Assembly: GCA_963810515.1 (NCBI GenBank)
Contig: CAWENG010000004.1
Span: 1,162,969 to 1,226,968, forward strand
Length of the DNA: 64,000 nucleotides
Origin: an uncultured Acidobacteriaceae bacterium
GTDB taxonomy: Bacteria > Acidobacteriota > Terriglobia > Terriglobales > Acidobacteriaceae
Direction of reading: 5' to 3'
Position 1 is the stretch's first letter; each line of letters starts with the position of its first letter. The notes beneath the pieces were generated by a model that did not search any database, was not told where the DNA came from, and was given only the letters and a program-made list of their open reading frames with translations. The position numbers were made by a program, and so were the translations under genes. Shown here in pieces: positions 54,058 through 61,958 of this stretch.

Positions 54058-55422
54058 ATGATTCACTGCCTTCTCAATTCGATTCGTACCCCCAGACAAC
54101 GCGTCGCGCTTCTCCTCGCCGCGATATGCATGACTTTGCCATTTTCAGCCAGTGCGGGCAAAAAAAAGAAGACCGATACAACCGCCGCTGCGCCAGCGGT
54201 GGGTCCGCGCAAGTTTCCCTTCGATCCCACCAAGCTGGTGTGGCCAAATCCGCCGGACATCGCGCGCGTGCACTGGGTCGATTACTTTGCCGGGCAAAAG
54301 ATTGACTACACTCCCGTAGCCAATAGCAAGCCGAAGGCAACGTGGATGGATCGTCTTGCTGGCGGCCAGTCCGATGCCGAGAAGTTCAATCCCAAAACCT
54401 TTCCATTTCAAATGATAGGCCCCTACGGGATCGCCGTCGATTCCAAGGGTTTGGTGTATGTGGCCGATCAACGTGTTGGAGCCGTTTTTATCTTCAATAC
54501 TGAAACCCACGATACAGAGCTCATCAAAAACGGTTACGAAGCCCACTTCGGATTGATCAACGGGCTCGCAATCGACGACGACGACCGGCTTTTTGTCTCC
54601 GACGGCAAAATGCACCGCGTCCTGATCTTCAATCCGAAGCACGAGATGGAGAATCAGATCACGGAGGGACTGGTAGACCCGGTTGGCCTGGCAATCGATA
54701 CTGAGAACCGTTTGCTTTACGTCGTGGACACACAACAGGATCAAGTCATTGTCTACGATGCGGACACTCTCAAGCTGCTGCGACGCATTGGCACAGGCGG
54801 CAAGAACCATGAGCTCACCTCGCCAGGCGATTTTGGTGCACCACAGGGAGTGGCGTTGGATCAAGATGGCAATGTGTATGTGACCGATACTCTCAACAAT
54901 CGGGTCGAGATCTTTGACGCCGACGGAAATTTCATCAGCGTTTTCGGCAAACACGGCGATGGTCCAGGATACTTTGCCAGGCCCAAGGGCATCGCTGTCG
55001 ATAGCGATGGGCACATTTGGGTAGCCGACGAGATGGAAGACCGGCTTCAAGTCTTCAATCGGGAAGGGCAGTTGTTGACGTACATCGGCACTGGACATGG
55101 AGATTTGCCGGGCCAGTTCAGGACGCTGGTGGGAGTCGCGATCGATAAGAAGAACCGCGTCTTCACCTCCGAGCAGGAACCGGGACGGGTGCAGATGTTC
55201 CGCTATGTCACCGACGCCGAAGCCGCAGCGGAAAAGACGCAGCGTGATGAGGAATTGAAGAAAAAGGCCGATCAGCGCAACAAAGCCGCAGCCCCGGCGC
55301 CGACGGCTAAGCCGGCGGAAGCGCCTCCAAAGAAGGCTCCCGATACGGCACCAGTTGCGCCAACGGCTCCAGCTGGGCCCGTTCCGCAGTCGAGCGCACC
55401 GTCTACCCCACCGGGAAAATAA
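54058..55422 (+). CDS. NHL-repeat beta-propeller protein 2 with Pro/Ala-rich tail
   Basis: Signal peptide, LVWPNPPD..R, PYGIAVDSKG, PQGVALDQDGNVYVTDTLNNRVEIFD, FARPKGIAVDSDG. Confidence 0.9.
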   Translation: MIHCLLNSIRTPRQRVALLLAAICMTLPFSASAGKKKKTDTTAAAPAVGPRKFPFDPTKLVWPNPPDIARVHWVDYFAGQKIDYTPVANSKPKATWMDRLAGGQSDAEKFNPKTFPFQMIGPYGIAVDSKGLVYVADQRVGAVFIFNTETHDTELIKNGYEAHFGLINGLAIDDDDRLFVSDGKMHRVLIFNPKHEMENQITEGLVDPVGLAIDTENRLLYVVDTQQDQVIVYDADTLKLLRRIGTGGKNHELTSPGDFGAPQGVALDQDGNVYVTDTLNNRVEIFDADGNFISVFGKHGDGPGYFARPKGIAVDSDGHIWVADEMEDRLQVFNREGQLLTYIGTGHGDLPGQFRTLVGVAIDKKNRVFTSEQEPGRVQMFRYVTDAEAAAEKTQRDEELKKKADQRNKAAAPAPTAKPAEAPPKKAPDTAPVAPTAPAGPVPQSSAPSTPPGK

Positions 55423-55507
55423 GGCATTTTCCGAAGTAGTGTGTTTGTCGGCGCCGATTTCAGGCATGTTCTTTGGCCCCGGCGCAGATTCTTAGGGTGG
55501 GCCCTAG

Positions 55508-55720
55508 CCCAAGTTCGTCACGAAATGGCATTGAGCGGCTTTTTTCGAAGATGTTTGTCGCGTAAGTGGTTGTAGTTCAGCGGCGGTGTTTTGGAAACGC
55601 GATGTAGTGCAGACCTACCCACTTGATTGTGCGTGTGGACGTGGCAAGATGCGGACAGCATGTTTCTTGGCTCGCACCGGGGATGGAAAGACGGCAAGCC
55701 GCATACGTATTGGTCCGTGG
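55508..55720 (+). pseudogene. IS1634-like left end and first ~20 transposase codons
   Basis: CCCAAGTTCGTCACG end; ATG 55660 encodes MFLGSHRGWKDGKPHTYWSV, resembling the IS1634 MFLR..KDGK.H.YWS start. Confidence 0.6.
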
Positions 55721-55725
55721 GGTGG

Positions 55726-55840
55726 GAAGCGCTGGAACGTGGGATACAACTGGAAGAACAGCCTGCGCGAGTAACACAACACCGCCGAGGCGGTCAGCAT
55801 CTTGCGCCGCTTGCCGCCCAGCTCTACTTCATGCGGCGAG
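55726..55840 (-). pseudogene. IS21-like (IstA) transposase internal fragment
   Basis: SPHEVELGGKRRK..TASAVLCYSRRLFFQLYPTFQRF resembles the integrase-core region with L.YSR. Confidence 0.55.
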
Positions 55841-55930
55841 GCCACGGGAGCCGCATCCTGCCTCTGCGCCAGCCGAACAGCAAGACTTTCAGGCAGCTTA
55901 GAATCGGTCGTGTTTCGCATCGGGTACTGC

Positions 55931-57367
55931 TCAGAAATTACTGTAAATGAACTGGGATGTGCTGGCGCTCTGGGTGAGGGTCAAAGCGGATACGCTCAGC
56001 AATGCCAGCACATACACGGGCGGGACCCATACCCAGCGCCAGCGGGCGATGCGCGCAATGTGGGGATGGGCCGAAGCGTCCGCCTCAAGGGCCAAGGCCT
56101 CGATGATCAGCAGTACCAATGCGTATCCGCTCGCCACTCCGACAACCAGCAGATACAGGCTTCCGTCGATAAAGTGCGAAGAGTAGCTGGAAGGAGACAT
56201 CACAGCCAACAACATTTGGCCTGCCTGCGATAGAGAGTTGGCGCGAAAAAAAATCCATCCCAAACTGACGAGCGCAATAGTCGTGACCCAGGCGATCGGA
56301 GTCCATATAGCCAGCGGCTCCCATCCAAACCTGCGTTGCAACTGCTGCACCAGGCGGTGCGAGACGAGAAGCACTCCGTGATAAAAGCCCCAGAGCACAA
56401 ACAGCACACTTCCTTTGTGCCATAGCCCGAACACGACCATCGCAATGACCAAACTGAGGTTTCGCCACCAGATTTCGCGGCGCAACGTGGCCAAGCGCAA
56501 GAAGACATAATCGCGAATCCAAAACGACAATGACATGTGCCAGCGCGTCCAGAAGATCGATGGGCTGGTCGCTTGAAACGGGCGGGCAAAATTCTCGGGC
56601 ACCGTGAGACCAAGCACCCTGGCAGCGCCGACCGCCATGTGCGTGTAACCGGCGAAATCAAAGAAGAGCTGCAAGCCATATCCGAAGGCCAAACACCAGA
56701 CGTCGGTCCCACCCCACCGCGTCGCGCTGTCGAACGCCAGGTTGATCCCGCCGCCTGAACCGATCCCCTGGCCCATCAGCCGACCCACCTGAATCATGAA
56801 GACTCCGATCGCGATGCGGCGGAGCCCTTCTGCAGTGTCCTCCCAGGCCAAAGCTTTCTCGGAGCGAAACAGGGGAAGCATGTCGGGCATGCGGCAAATC
56901 GGCCCCGAAGCTACGATAGGAAAGAACACCATGTACAACGCGAACTCAAAGAAAGACGGATCAAGCTCCTCGCCGGCATAAAGGTCAAACAGATAACTCA
57001 TCGCCTGAAACGTCCAGAACGATACGCCTAGTGGCAAAACAAGATGAGAGAGCCTTTGCAGGAACGGCAGAGAAGAGGAGGCAACGGCTCCTGGGAGATA
57101 CTTAAAACTGCTCAACAACGCCAGGTTCAATACAATCCCGGTCCATAGCGCGACCTTGTTGGGGTTTCGCCGAACCCATTCTCCCAACAGGAAGTTCATC
57201 ACCGTGGAGGAGAAAAGAACCGCCGCAAACCAGCCTCCCCAGCTGATGTACATTGCGTAACTGCTGACGAGAAGTGTGGCCTGTCGTACATTTTGTGAAC
57301 GGAACCAGGCAAAGACCACCAGGTTAAGCAGCAAGACCACGCCGTACAGGATTCCCTTGAACAACAT
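55931..57367 (-). CDS. MBOAT O-acyltransferase (AlgI/DltB-like)
   Basis: LPLGVSFWTFQAMSY, FFP...SGPI, FFDFAGYT, ENF..PF, FWTRWHMSLSFWIRDYVF, GLWH. Confidence 0.93.
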   Translation of the reverse strand: MLFKGILYGVVLLLNLVVFAWFRSQNVRQATLLVSSYAMYISWGGWFAAVLFSSTVMNFLLGEWVRRNPNKVALWTGIVLNLALLSSFKYLPGAVASSSLPFLQRLSHLVLPLGVSFWTFQAMSYLFDLYAGEELDPSFFEFALYMVFFPIVASGPICRMPDMLPLFRSEKALAWEDTAEGLRRIAIGVFMIQVGRLMGQGIGSGGGINLAFDSATRWGGTDVWCLAFGYGLQLFFDFAGYTHMAVGAARVLGLTVPENFARPFQATSPSIFWTRWHMSLSFWIRDYVFLRLATLRREIWWRNLSLVIAMVVFGLWHKGSVLFVLWGFYHGVLLVSHRLVQQLQRRFGWEPLAIWTPIAWVTTIALVSLGWIFFRANSLSQAGQMLLAVMSPSSYSSHFIDGSLYLLVVGVASGYALVLLIIEALALEADASAHPHIARIARWRWVWVPPVYVLALLSVSALTLTQSASTSQFIYSNF

Positions 57368-57392
57368 GCGGCACCTACGGAAGACCCGCTCA

Positions 57393-57400
57393 ATTATAAT
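57393..57400. promoter_or_regulatory. Palindromic ATTATAAT giving a TATAAT -10 on both strands
   Basis: Lies in the 41-bp gap between the divergent MBOAT and ligase genes. Confidence 0.5.
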
Positions 57401-57408
57401 TTAAGACC

Positions 57409-59127
57409 TTGGACAGCGTGACTGAATTTCGCAACCTCATCCATGCGCTCAACGCAGCACCGGCTGAGCGTCCCTTTGTTACCGCCTGGATTGACGAAGA
57501 CGAACAAGAGACAGTAACTTTCGGGGAGTTCCGCCGCCGCGCCTGCATGCAGGCTGAAGCGCTACGCGGACACGGCCTGTCCGCGGGCGACCGCGTGGTC
57601 ATTATCATGCCGCAAGGCATTGCCGCGATGGCATCGTTTGTCGGAGCGACGATGCTGCACGCTGTGCCCGCATTTCTGGCTTATCCCAACTTTAAGTTTG
57701 ATCCCGCCAAATACCACTTCGGAGTAGCTGGAGTAACAGCAAATCTCGGGGCAAAAATCGTTCTCGTCGATGAAGAATTCCCTGAGAACCTGCTCGGCCA
57801 TGTGTCCCTGACTGCGGATTCGACACTGGTTCGCGCCGTCGCCAACAATGTTCCTGGCGTGGAAAGTGGAGTCGCCAATAGCGACTTTCCTGCCGACTGC
57901 ATTGCGCTTATTCAGCATTCGGCAGGCACGACCGGACTCCAGAAGGGCGTGGCCCTGTCCCACGCCGCCGTTCTAAAGCAGCTTGAGCACCTTGTACGAG
58001 CGCTGAAGATTGATACAGAGAGGGACGTTATCTATAGCTGGTTGCCGCTCTATCATGACATGGGGCTTATCGCCTGTTTCATGCTTCCGATGGTCTGCCA
58101 CCTGCCCGTCGTGATGCAGTCGCCGTTGGACTGGGTCATGCAGCCTGAAGCGATGTTGCAAATCATCAGTCAGAAGAAATGCACTCTCGCCTGGCTGCCG
58201 AACTTTGCCTTCCAATTCGTTCCCCGACGCACGCCGAAGTCCCGATGGGCGCAATACGATCTTTCCTCGATTCGTGCGCTTATCAATTGCTCCGAACCGG
58301 TCCGGGCCACCAGCATGAATGAATTTCAGAAAGCATTCGTGTCGATTGGGCTGAAGCCTGGTGCTCTGCAGTCATGCTATGCAATGGCCGAGACTGTTTT
58401 CGCAGTGGCTCAGTCCGATGTCGATCGGCCCTCAGGCCCTGCTCGTATTTGGGTCGATGGCGGGCAATTTCGCTCGGCACACCGTATCGTTCCCGTCGGG
58501 GAAGGAACTCCCGGGGCGATTTCATTCACTTCCTCGGGACAGCTGCTGGCGAACACCGAGGCTCGCATTGTGTCCGATTCCGGAGAGATCCTCGACCGCG
58601 GATACGTCGGCGAGATCCTCGTAACGAGCGACTGCCTGTTTGCGGGCTACTACAATCGTCCGGATCTCACCAAAGAAGCGATTGTCGATGGCTGGTATCG
58701 TACCGGCGATCTTGGGTTCTATCATGACGGTGAACTGTACGTGGTCGGCAGAAAGAAAGACCTTATCATTGTTGGCGGAGAAAATCTGTACCCGCAGGAT
58801 ATCGAAGAGATTGTCGCTGGCCACGACGCGATTCAAGATGGGCGGGTCATTGCGATGGGTTTGTACAGCGCCGCCCAGGGAACCGAAGAGATCGTCGTGG
58901 TTGCGGAAGTGAAATCCGAAGAAGTGCTTGGAAACTCCATGGAGATAGAACAGGAAATCCGCAGCCGCATCATAGCCAGTATTGGCGTGGCGGTTCAGAC
59001 AATTTTGTTAAAACCACCCAAATGGATCGTGAAGAGCACGGCCGGGAAACCGGCGCGTTCGGCGACTCGTGAAAAATTATTGAGGGAGCACCAGGAACTC
59101 AACGTAGAGCTTTTGGAGAGTAATTAG
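57409..59127 (+). CDS. Fatty acyl-AMP ligase-like adenylation enzyme
   Basis: QHSAGTTGLQKGV, SWLPLYHDMGLI, PNFAF, CSEPV, CYAMAE, RTGDLG, GRKKDLII, KSTAGK. Confidence 0.88.
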   Translation: MDSVTEFRNLIHALNAAPAERPFVTAWIDEDEQETVTFGEFRRRACMQAEALRGHGLSAGDRVVIIMPQGIAAMASFVGATMLHAVPAFLAYPNFKFDPAKYHFGVAGVTANLGAKIVLVDEEFPENLLGHVSLTADSTLVRAVANNVPGVESGVANSDFPADCIALIQHSAGTTGLQKGVALSHAAVLKQLEHLVRALKIDTERDVIYSWLPLYHDMGLIACFMLPMVCHLPVVMQSPLDWVMQPEAMLQIISQKKCTLAWLPNFAFQFVPRRTPKSRWAQYDLSSIRALINCSEPVRATSMNEFQKAFVSIGLKPGALQSCYAMAETVFAVAQSDVDRPSGPARIWVDGGQFRSAHRIVPVGEGTPGAISFTSSGQLLANTEARIVSDSGEILDRGYVGEILVTSDCLFAGYYNRPDLTKEAIVDGWYRTGDLGFYHDGELYVVGRKKDLIIVGGENLYPQDIEEIVAGHDAIQDGRVIAMGLYSAAQGTEEIVVVAEVKSEEVLGNSMEIEQEIRSRIIASIGVAVQTILLKPPKWIVKSTAGKPARSATREKLLREHQELNVELLESN

Positions 59128-59129
59128 CA

Positions 59130-59378
59130 ATGACTGCCGAACAGCAGATGATTGAACAGGTTAGTCGACTGATCCGGAAGCCGGGCGTGAAGATTGACGA
59201 ACAGACTCCCCTGGTTTCCTCAGGATTAATTGACTCAATGGCCCTCGTTGATTTGTTACTGACCCTTGAAGATCTCACCCGCATGCGCATTTCGGCCGGA
59301 AAAGTGCGCGCCAAAGACATGGATACCATCGCCTTGATGTTTGAGACCGCACGGCGCGTTGGGAAGCCTCGAAAATGA
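59130..59378 (+). CDS. Acyl carrier protein
   Basis: 82 aa; GLIDSMALVDL phosphopantetheine site; directly follows the ligase. Confidence 0.88.
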   Translation: MTAEQQMIEQVSRLIRKPGVKIDEQTPLVSSGLIDSMALVDLLLTLEDLTRMRISAGKVRAKDMDTIALMFETARRVGKPRK

Positions 59379-61149
59379 GGGCCGCACTGCAGGAGCCGAG
59401 GACACCAGGGGCCTGCAAGCGAAACCCCAAATGCAAATTCTTGACACGAGCATCAGGATGCTAGAAATGGGCCTTTCTGAAGAGACTTTAATGGGCAAAC
59501 TTCCGTGGCGGCGTTGGCTGCTCCCCGTCGCCTCCACCATCCTCGTTCCAATTGTGCTGATCGGATTGACCGAGGCCGCATTGCGGATCTGCGGGGTCGG
59601 AAATTCCACGAACTTCACCCGTCCCTGCACCGATCATGGCCTCCCTGGCTATTGCGACAATCCCTCGTTTACTACTGGATTTTTTCCGCCAGGCATGGAG
59701 CGCACACCGCGTCCGTTATTCATTCCTGCGGCCAAGCCTCCGCAGACATTTAGGATCGTCCTTCTGGGCGAGTCGGCCACCTATGGAGATCCCGACCCCA
59801 CCTTCGGATTCGGCCGGTACCTGGAGGTCATGCTCCGCGAGCGATATCCGGGAGTGAAGTTCGAAATTATCAATGCCGGCATTACCGCCATCAACTCCCA
59901 TGTGATCTTGTCAGCCACACGAGATTTGGCGCGGCATCAGCCCGACCTGTTCATCATCTACGCCGGCAATAACGAAGCCATTGGGCCGTTTGGCCCGGGG
60001 ACGGTTCTGACGGAGAGCGGCATGGGCCTGCCGTTTATCCGCGCAGAGATCTTCTTCCGCTCCACGCGGATCGGTCAGCTCTTCTCAAAGCTCCGCCCGG
60101 TACAGCAATCCCGACAGTGGCGCGGAATGTCGATGTTTCTCGAGAAGCAGGTTCCCGCCGATTCCCCGCTGATGAAAGATGTGTACAAGAATTACGCATC
60201 CAACCTGCGCGACATCATTACCGCGGCTCGCAGTTCCGGTGCACGGGTGCTCGTCGCTACGGTGGCAACCAACCTCAAAGACTGCGCTCCGTTCGCTTCG
60301 GAGCATCGCTCCGGGCTCACTCAGGAGGAGTTGCGTTCCTGGTCGGCGCTGGTTCAGCAGGGCTCCGATCTGGAGAAGTCCCAATCCTACGCCGAAGCGT
60401 TGAAGGCTTTCCAGGCGGCTGCAAAGATCGACGACCAATACGCAGAACTCGAATTCCGGATCGCCCGCTGTCTGGTAAGGTCGGGAGATGACCAGGCAGC
60501 CAAGCAATATTTTGTTCGCGCCCGCGATCTTGATACGCTTCGTTTTCGTGCCGACACCAAAATCAACGATGTGAACCGCTCCGTGGCGTCTTCTATTTCA
60601 GGAGTCGAGCTGGTGGATGTCGAATCGCTCTTCGGCCAACAGAGCCCCAATGGAATCACCGGCGATGAGTTGATCTACGAACACGTGCACCCGACTCCCC
60701 GCGGCGCTTACCTGCTGGCACGCGCCTTGTTCCTCCAGATCTCAAGCAAACTGCCGGCCGAGTTGGTTGGCCAGGCGAAGCCAGCCGTATCGGATGTTCC
60801 ATCGGAGGAGGAATGCGAGCGTCTGCTCGCTTTCACGCGATATGACCGTGCGCGGGCTGCAAGCCTGGTGCTCGATATGCTCTATAAGCCGCCGTTCACC
60901 AACCAACTCAACCATGACGAACAGGTCGAGCGGATGCAGGCTGAGGTGCAGTCCCCAGTCGATAACTACGATGACACCATTGCGCAGTATCAATGGGCCC
61001 TTGCGCAGGATCCGCAAGATCGGCTTTTGCGCCTCAACTACGCATTTCTGGTTTATATGCGTAGCCCAGAGAGCGCAACGGATCAATTCAACGCGGCCAT
61101 GCCCTACGACAACGCCCCGGTGTTATGTAACTGGCGGAAGTTTAACTGA
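59341..61149 (+). CDS. Membrane-anchored SGNH-like plus TPR protein (start probably near 59430-59491)
   Basis: TM, FRIVLLGESA (block I), IINAG, YAGNNE (block III), EHVHP (block V), with TPR insert. Confidence 0.78.
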   Translation: MRPHGALGSLENEGRTAGAEDTRGLQAKPQMQILDTSIRMLEMGLSEETLMGKLPWRRWLLPVASTILVPIVLIGLTEAALRICGVGNSTNFTRPCTDHGLPGYCDNPSFTTGFFPPGMERTPRPLFIPAAKPPQTFRIVLLGESATYGDPDPTFGFGRYLEVMLRERYPGVKFEIINAGITAINSHVILSATRDLARHQPDLFIIYAGNNEAIGPFGPGTVLTESGMGLPFIRAEIFFRSTRIGQLFSKLRPVQQSRQWRGMSMFLEKQVPADSPLMKDVYKNYASNLRDIITAARSSGARVLVATVATNLKDCAPFASEHRSGLTQEELRSWSALVQQGSDLEKSQSYAEALKAFQAAAKIDDQYAELEFRIARCLVRSGDDQAAKQYFVRARDLDTLRFRADTKINDVNRSVASSISGVELVDVESLFGQQSPNGITGDELIYEHVHPTPRGAYLLARALFLQISSKLPAELVGQAKPAVSDVPSEEECERLLAFTRYDRARAASLVLDMLYKPPFTNQLNHDEQVERMQAEVQSPVDNYDDTIAQYQWALAQDPQDRLLRLNYAFLVYMRSPESATDQFNAAMPYDNAPVLCNWRKFN

Positions 61150-61282
61150 CCTGACCGGCGACAATCGAAACTCTCCGCCTCATCGCCAGCTTTGCTACTG
61201 AGCGATGGGTCCAAAATGCTACCCGACGCGAGCACACGTCGGGAGCGGCTGCCCCTAGTGTTGTGTCCCAGAAGTAACTGTA

Positions 61283-61790
61283 TTAAGTAGCAGGGACACT
61301 CTCTCCTGCCCCGTTTTTCCACGGGTCCACTAACAGCATGAACCGCGAAGGGTATTGCTGCTTCAGATCCGTCGGCGCATCGAACATGGAAGCGGCCGAA
61401 TCCTCGAGGATAGCCGGAGCGAAAGGACGGAAAGGTTCGCGGAATTTGATCTTACTGTTGACGATCTGCTTCATATCGTCTCATCGCGGGTCAGCTAATA
61501 TGCTGCGATTTCCCAAAGAACGCGGCCCCCACTCAAATCGCCCCTGAAACCATCCAATCACTTTACCGTCAATCACGTCCTGAGCAGCTCGCTCGATTAA
61601 TCGCTTCTCATCTGTGATCTCTTCTGCGCCGGTGCCGGCCAAGGCTGAAGCGACCTCCGTGTCGTTGTAGGAGCGCCCCCAGTAGGCGTGTTCCATAACA
61701 AAGTTCCGCGGTTTGCCGAGCAGTACGTGCCAGGCATACTGGGCAGCGCCGAGCGCTCCGCCAGAGTCACCGGCGGCCGGGTTGAATGAA
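61283..61790 (-). pseudogene. Carbamoyltransferase (NodU/CmcH family) fragment
   Basis: PAAGDSGGALGAA, GWFQGRFEWGPRSLGNRSILADPR, in-frame TGA at 61481-61483, then KIKFREPFRPFAP; truncated at both ends. Confidence 0.85.
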
Positions 61791-61958
61791 CAGCCGCTCA
61801 AACCCTGTCCACAAGGAGATCTACGCCACGCTCGGATGCCCCTGGAAGTGATCAAGCAGGTCAGAACTTGGCACGATGAGGTCCCTGAAATAGTGACGGG
61901 ATTAAATACTATCTTCCTGAGAACAAAGGATCGCGTCCCGGATAACGCGGAAGTCGGG

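Noticed and set aside
61481-61483. In-frame TGA as selenocysteine or readthrough
   Set aside because: It is not a Cys-type position and the gene is truncated at both ends; this is an ordinary nonsense mutation.
61795-61900. Tyrosine-recombinase fragment (LRHA.MPLEVIKQ)
   Set aside because: Too short, and the expected LGH motif is not in frame; cannot be supported.
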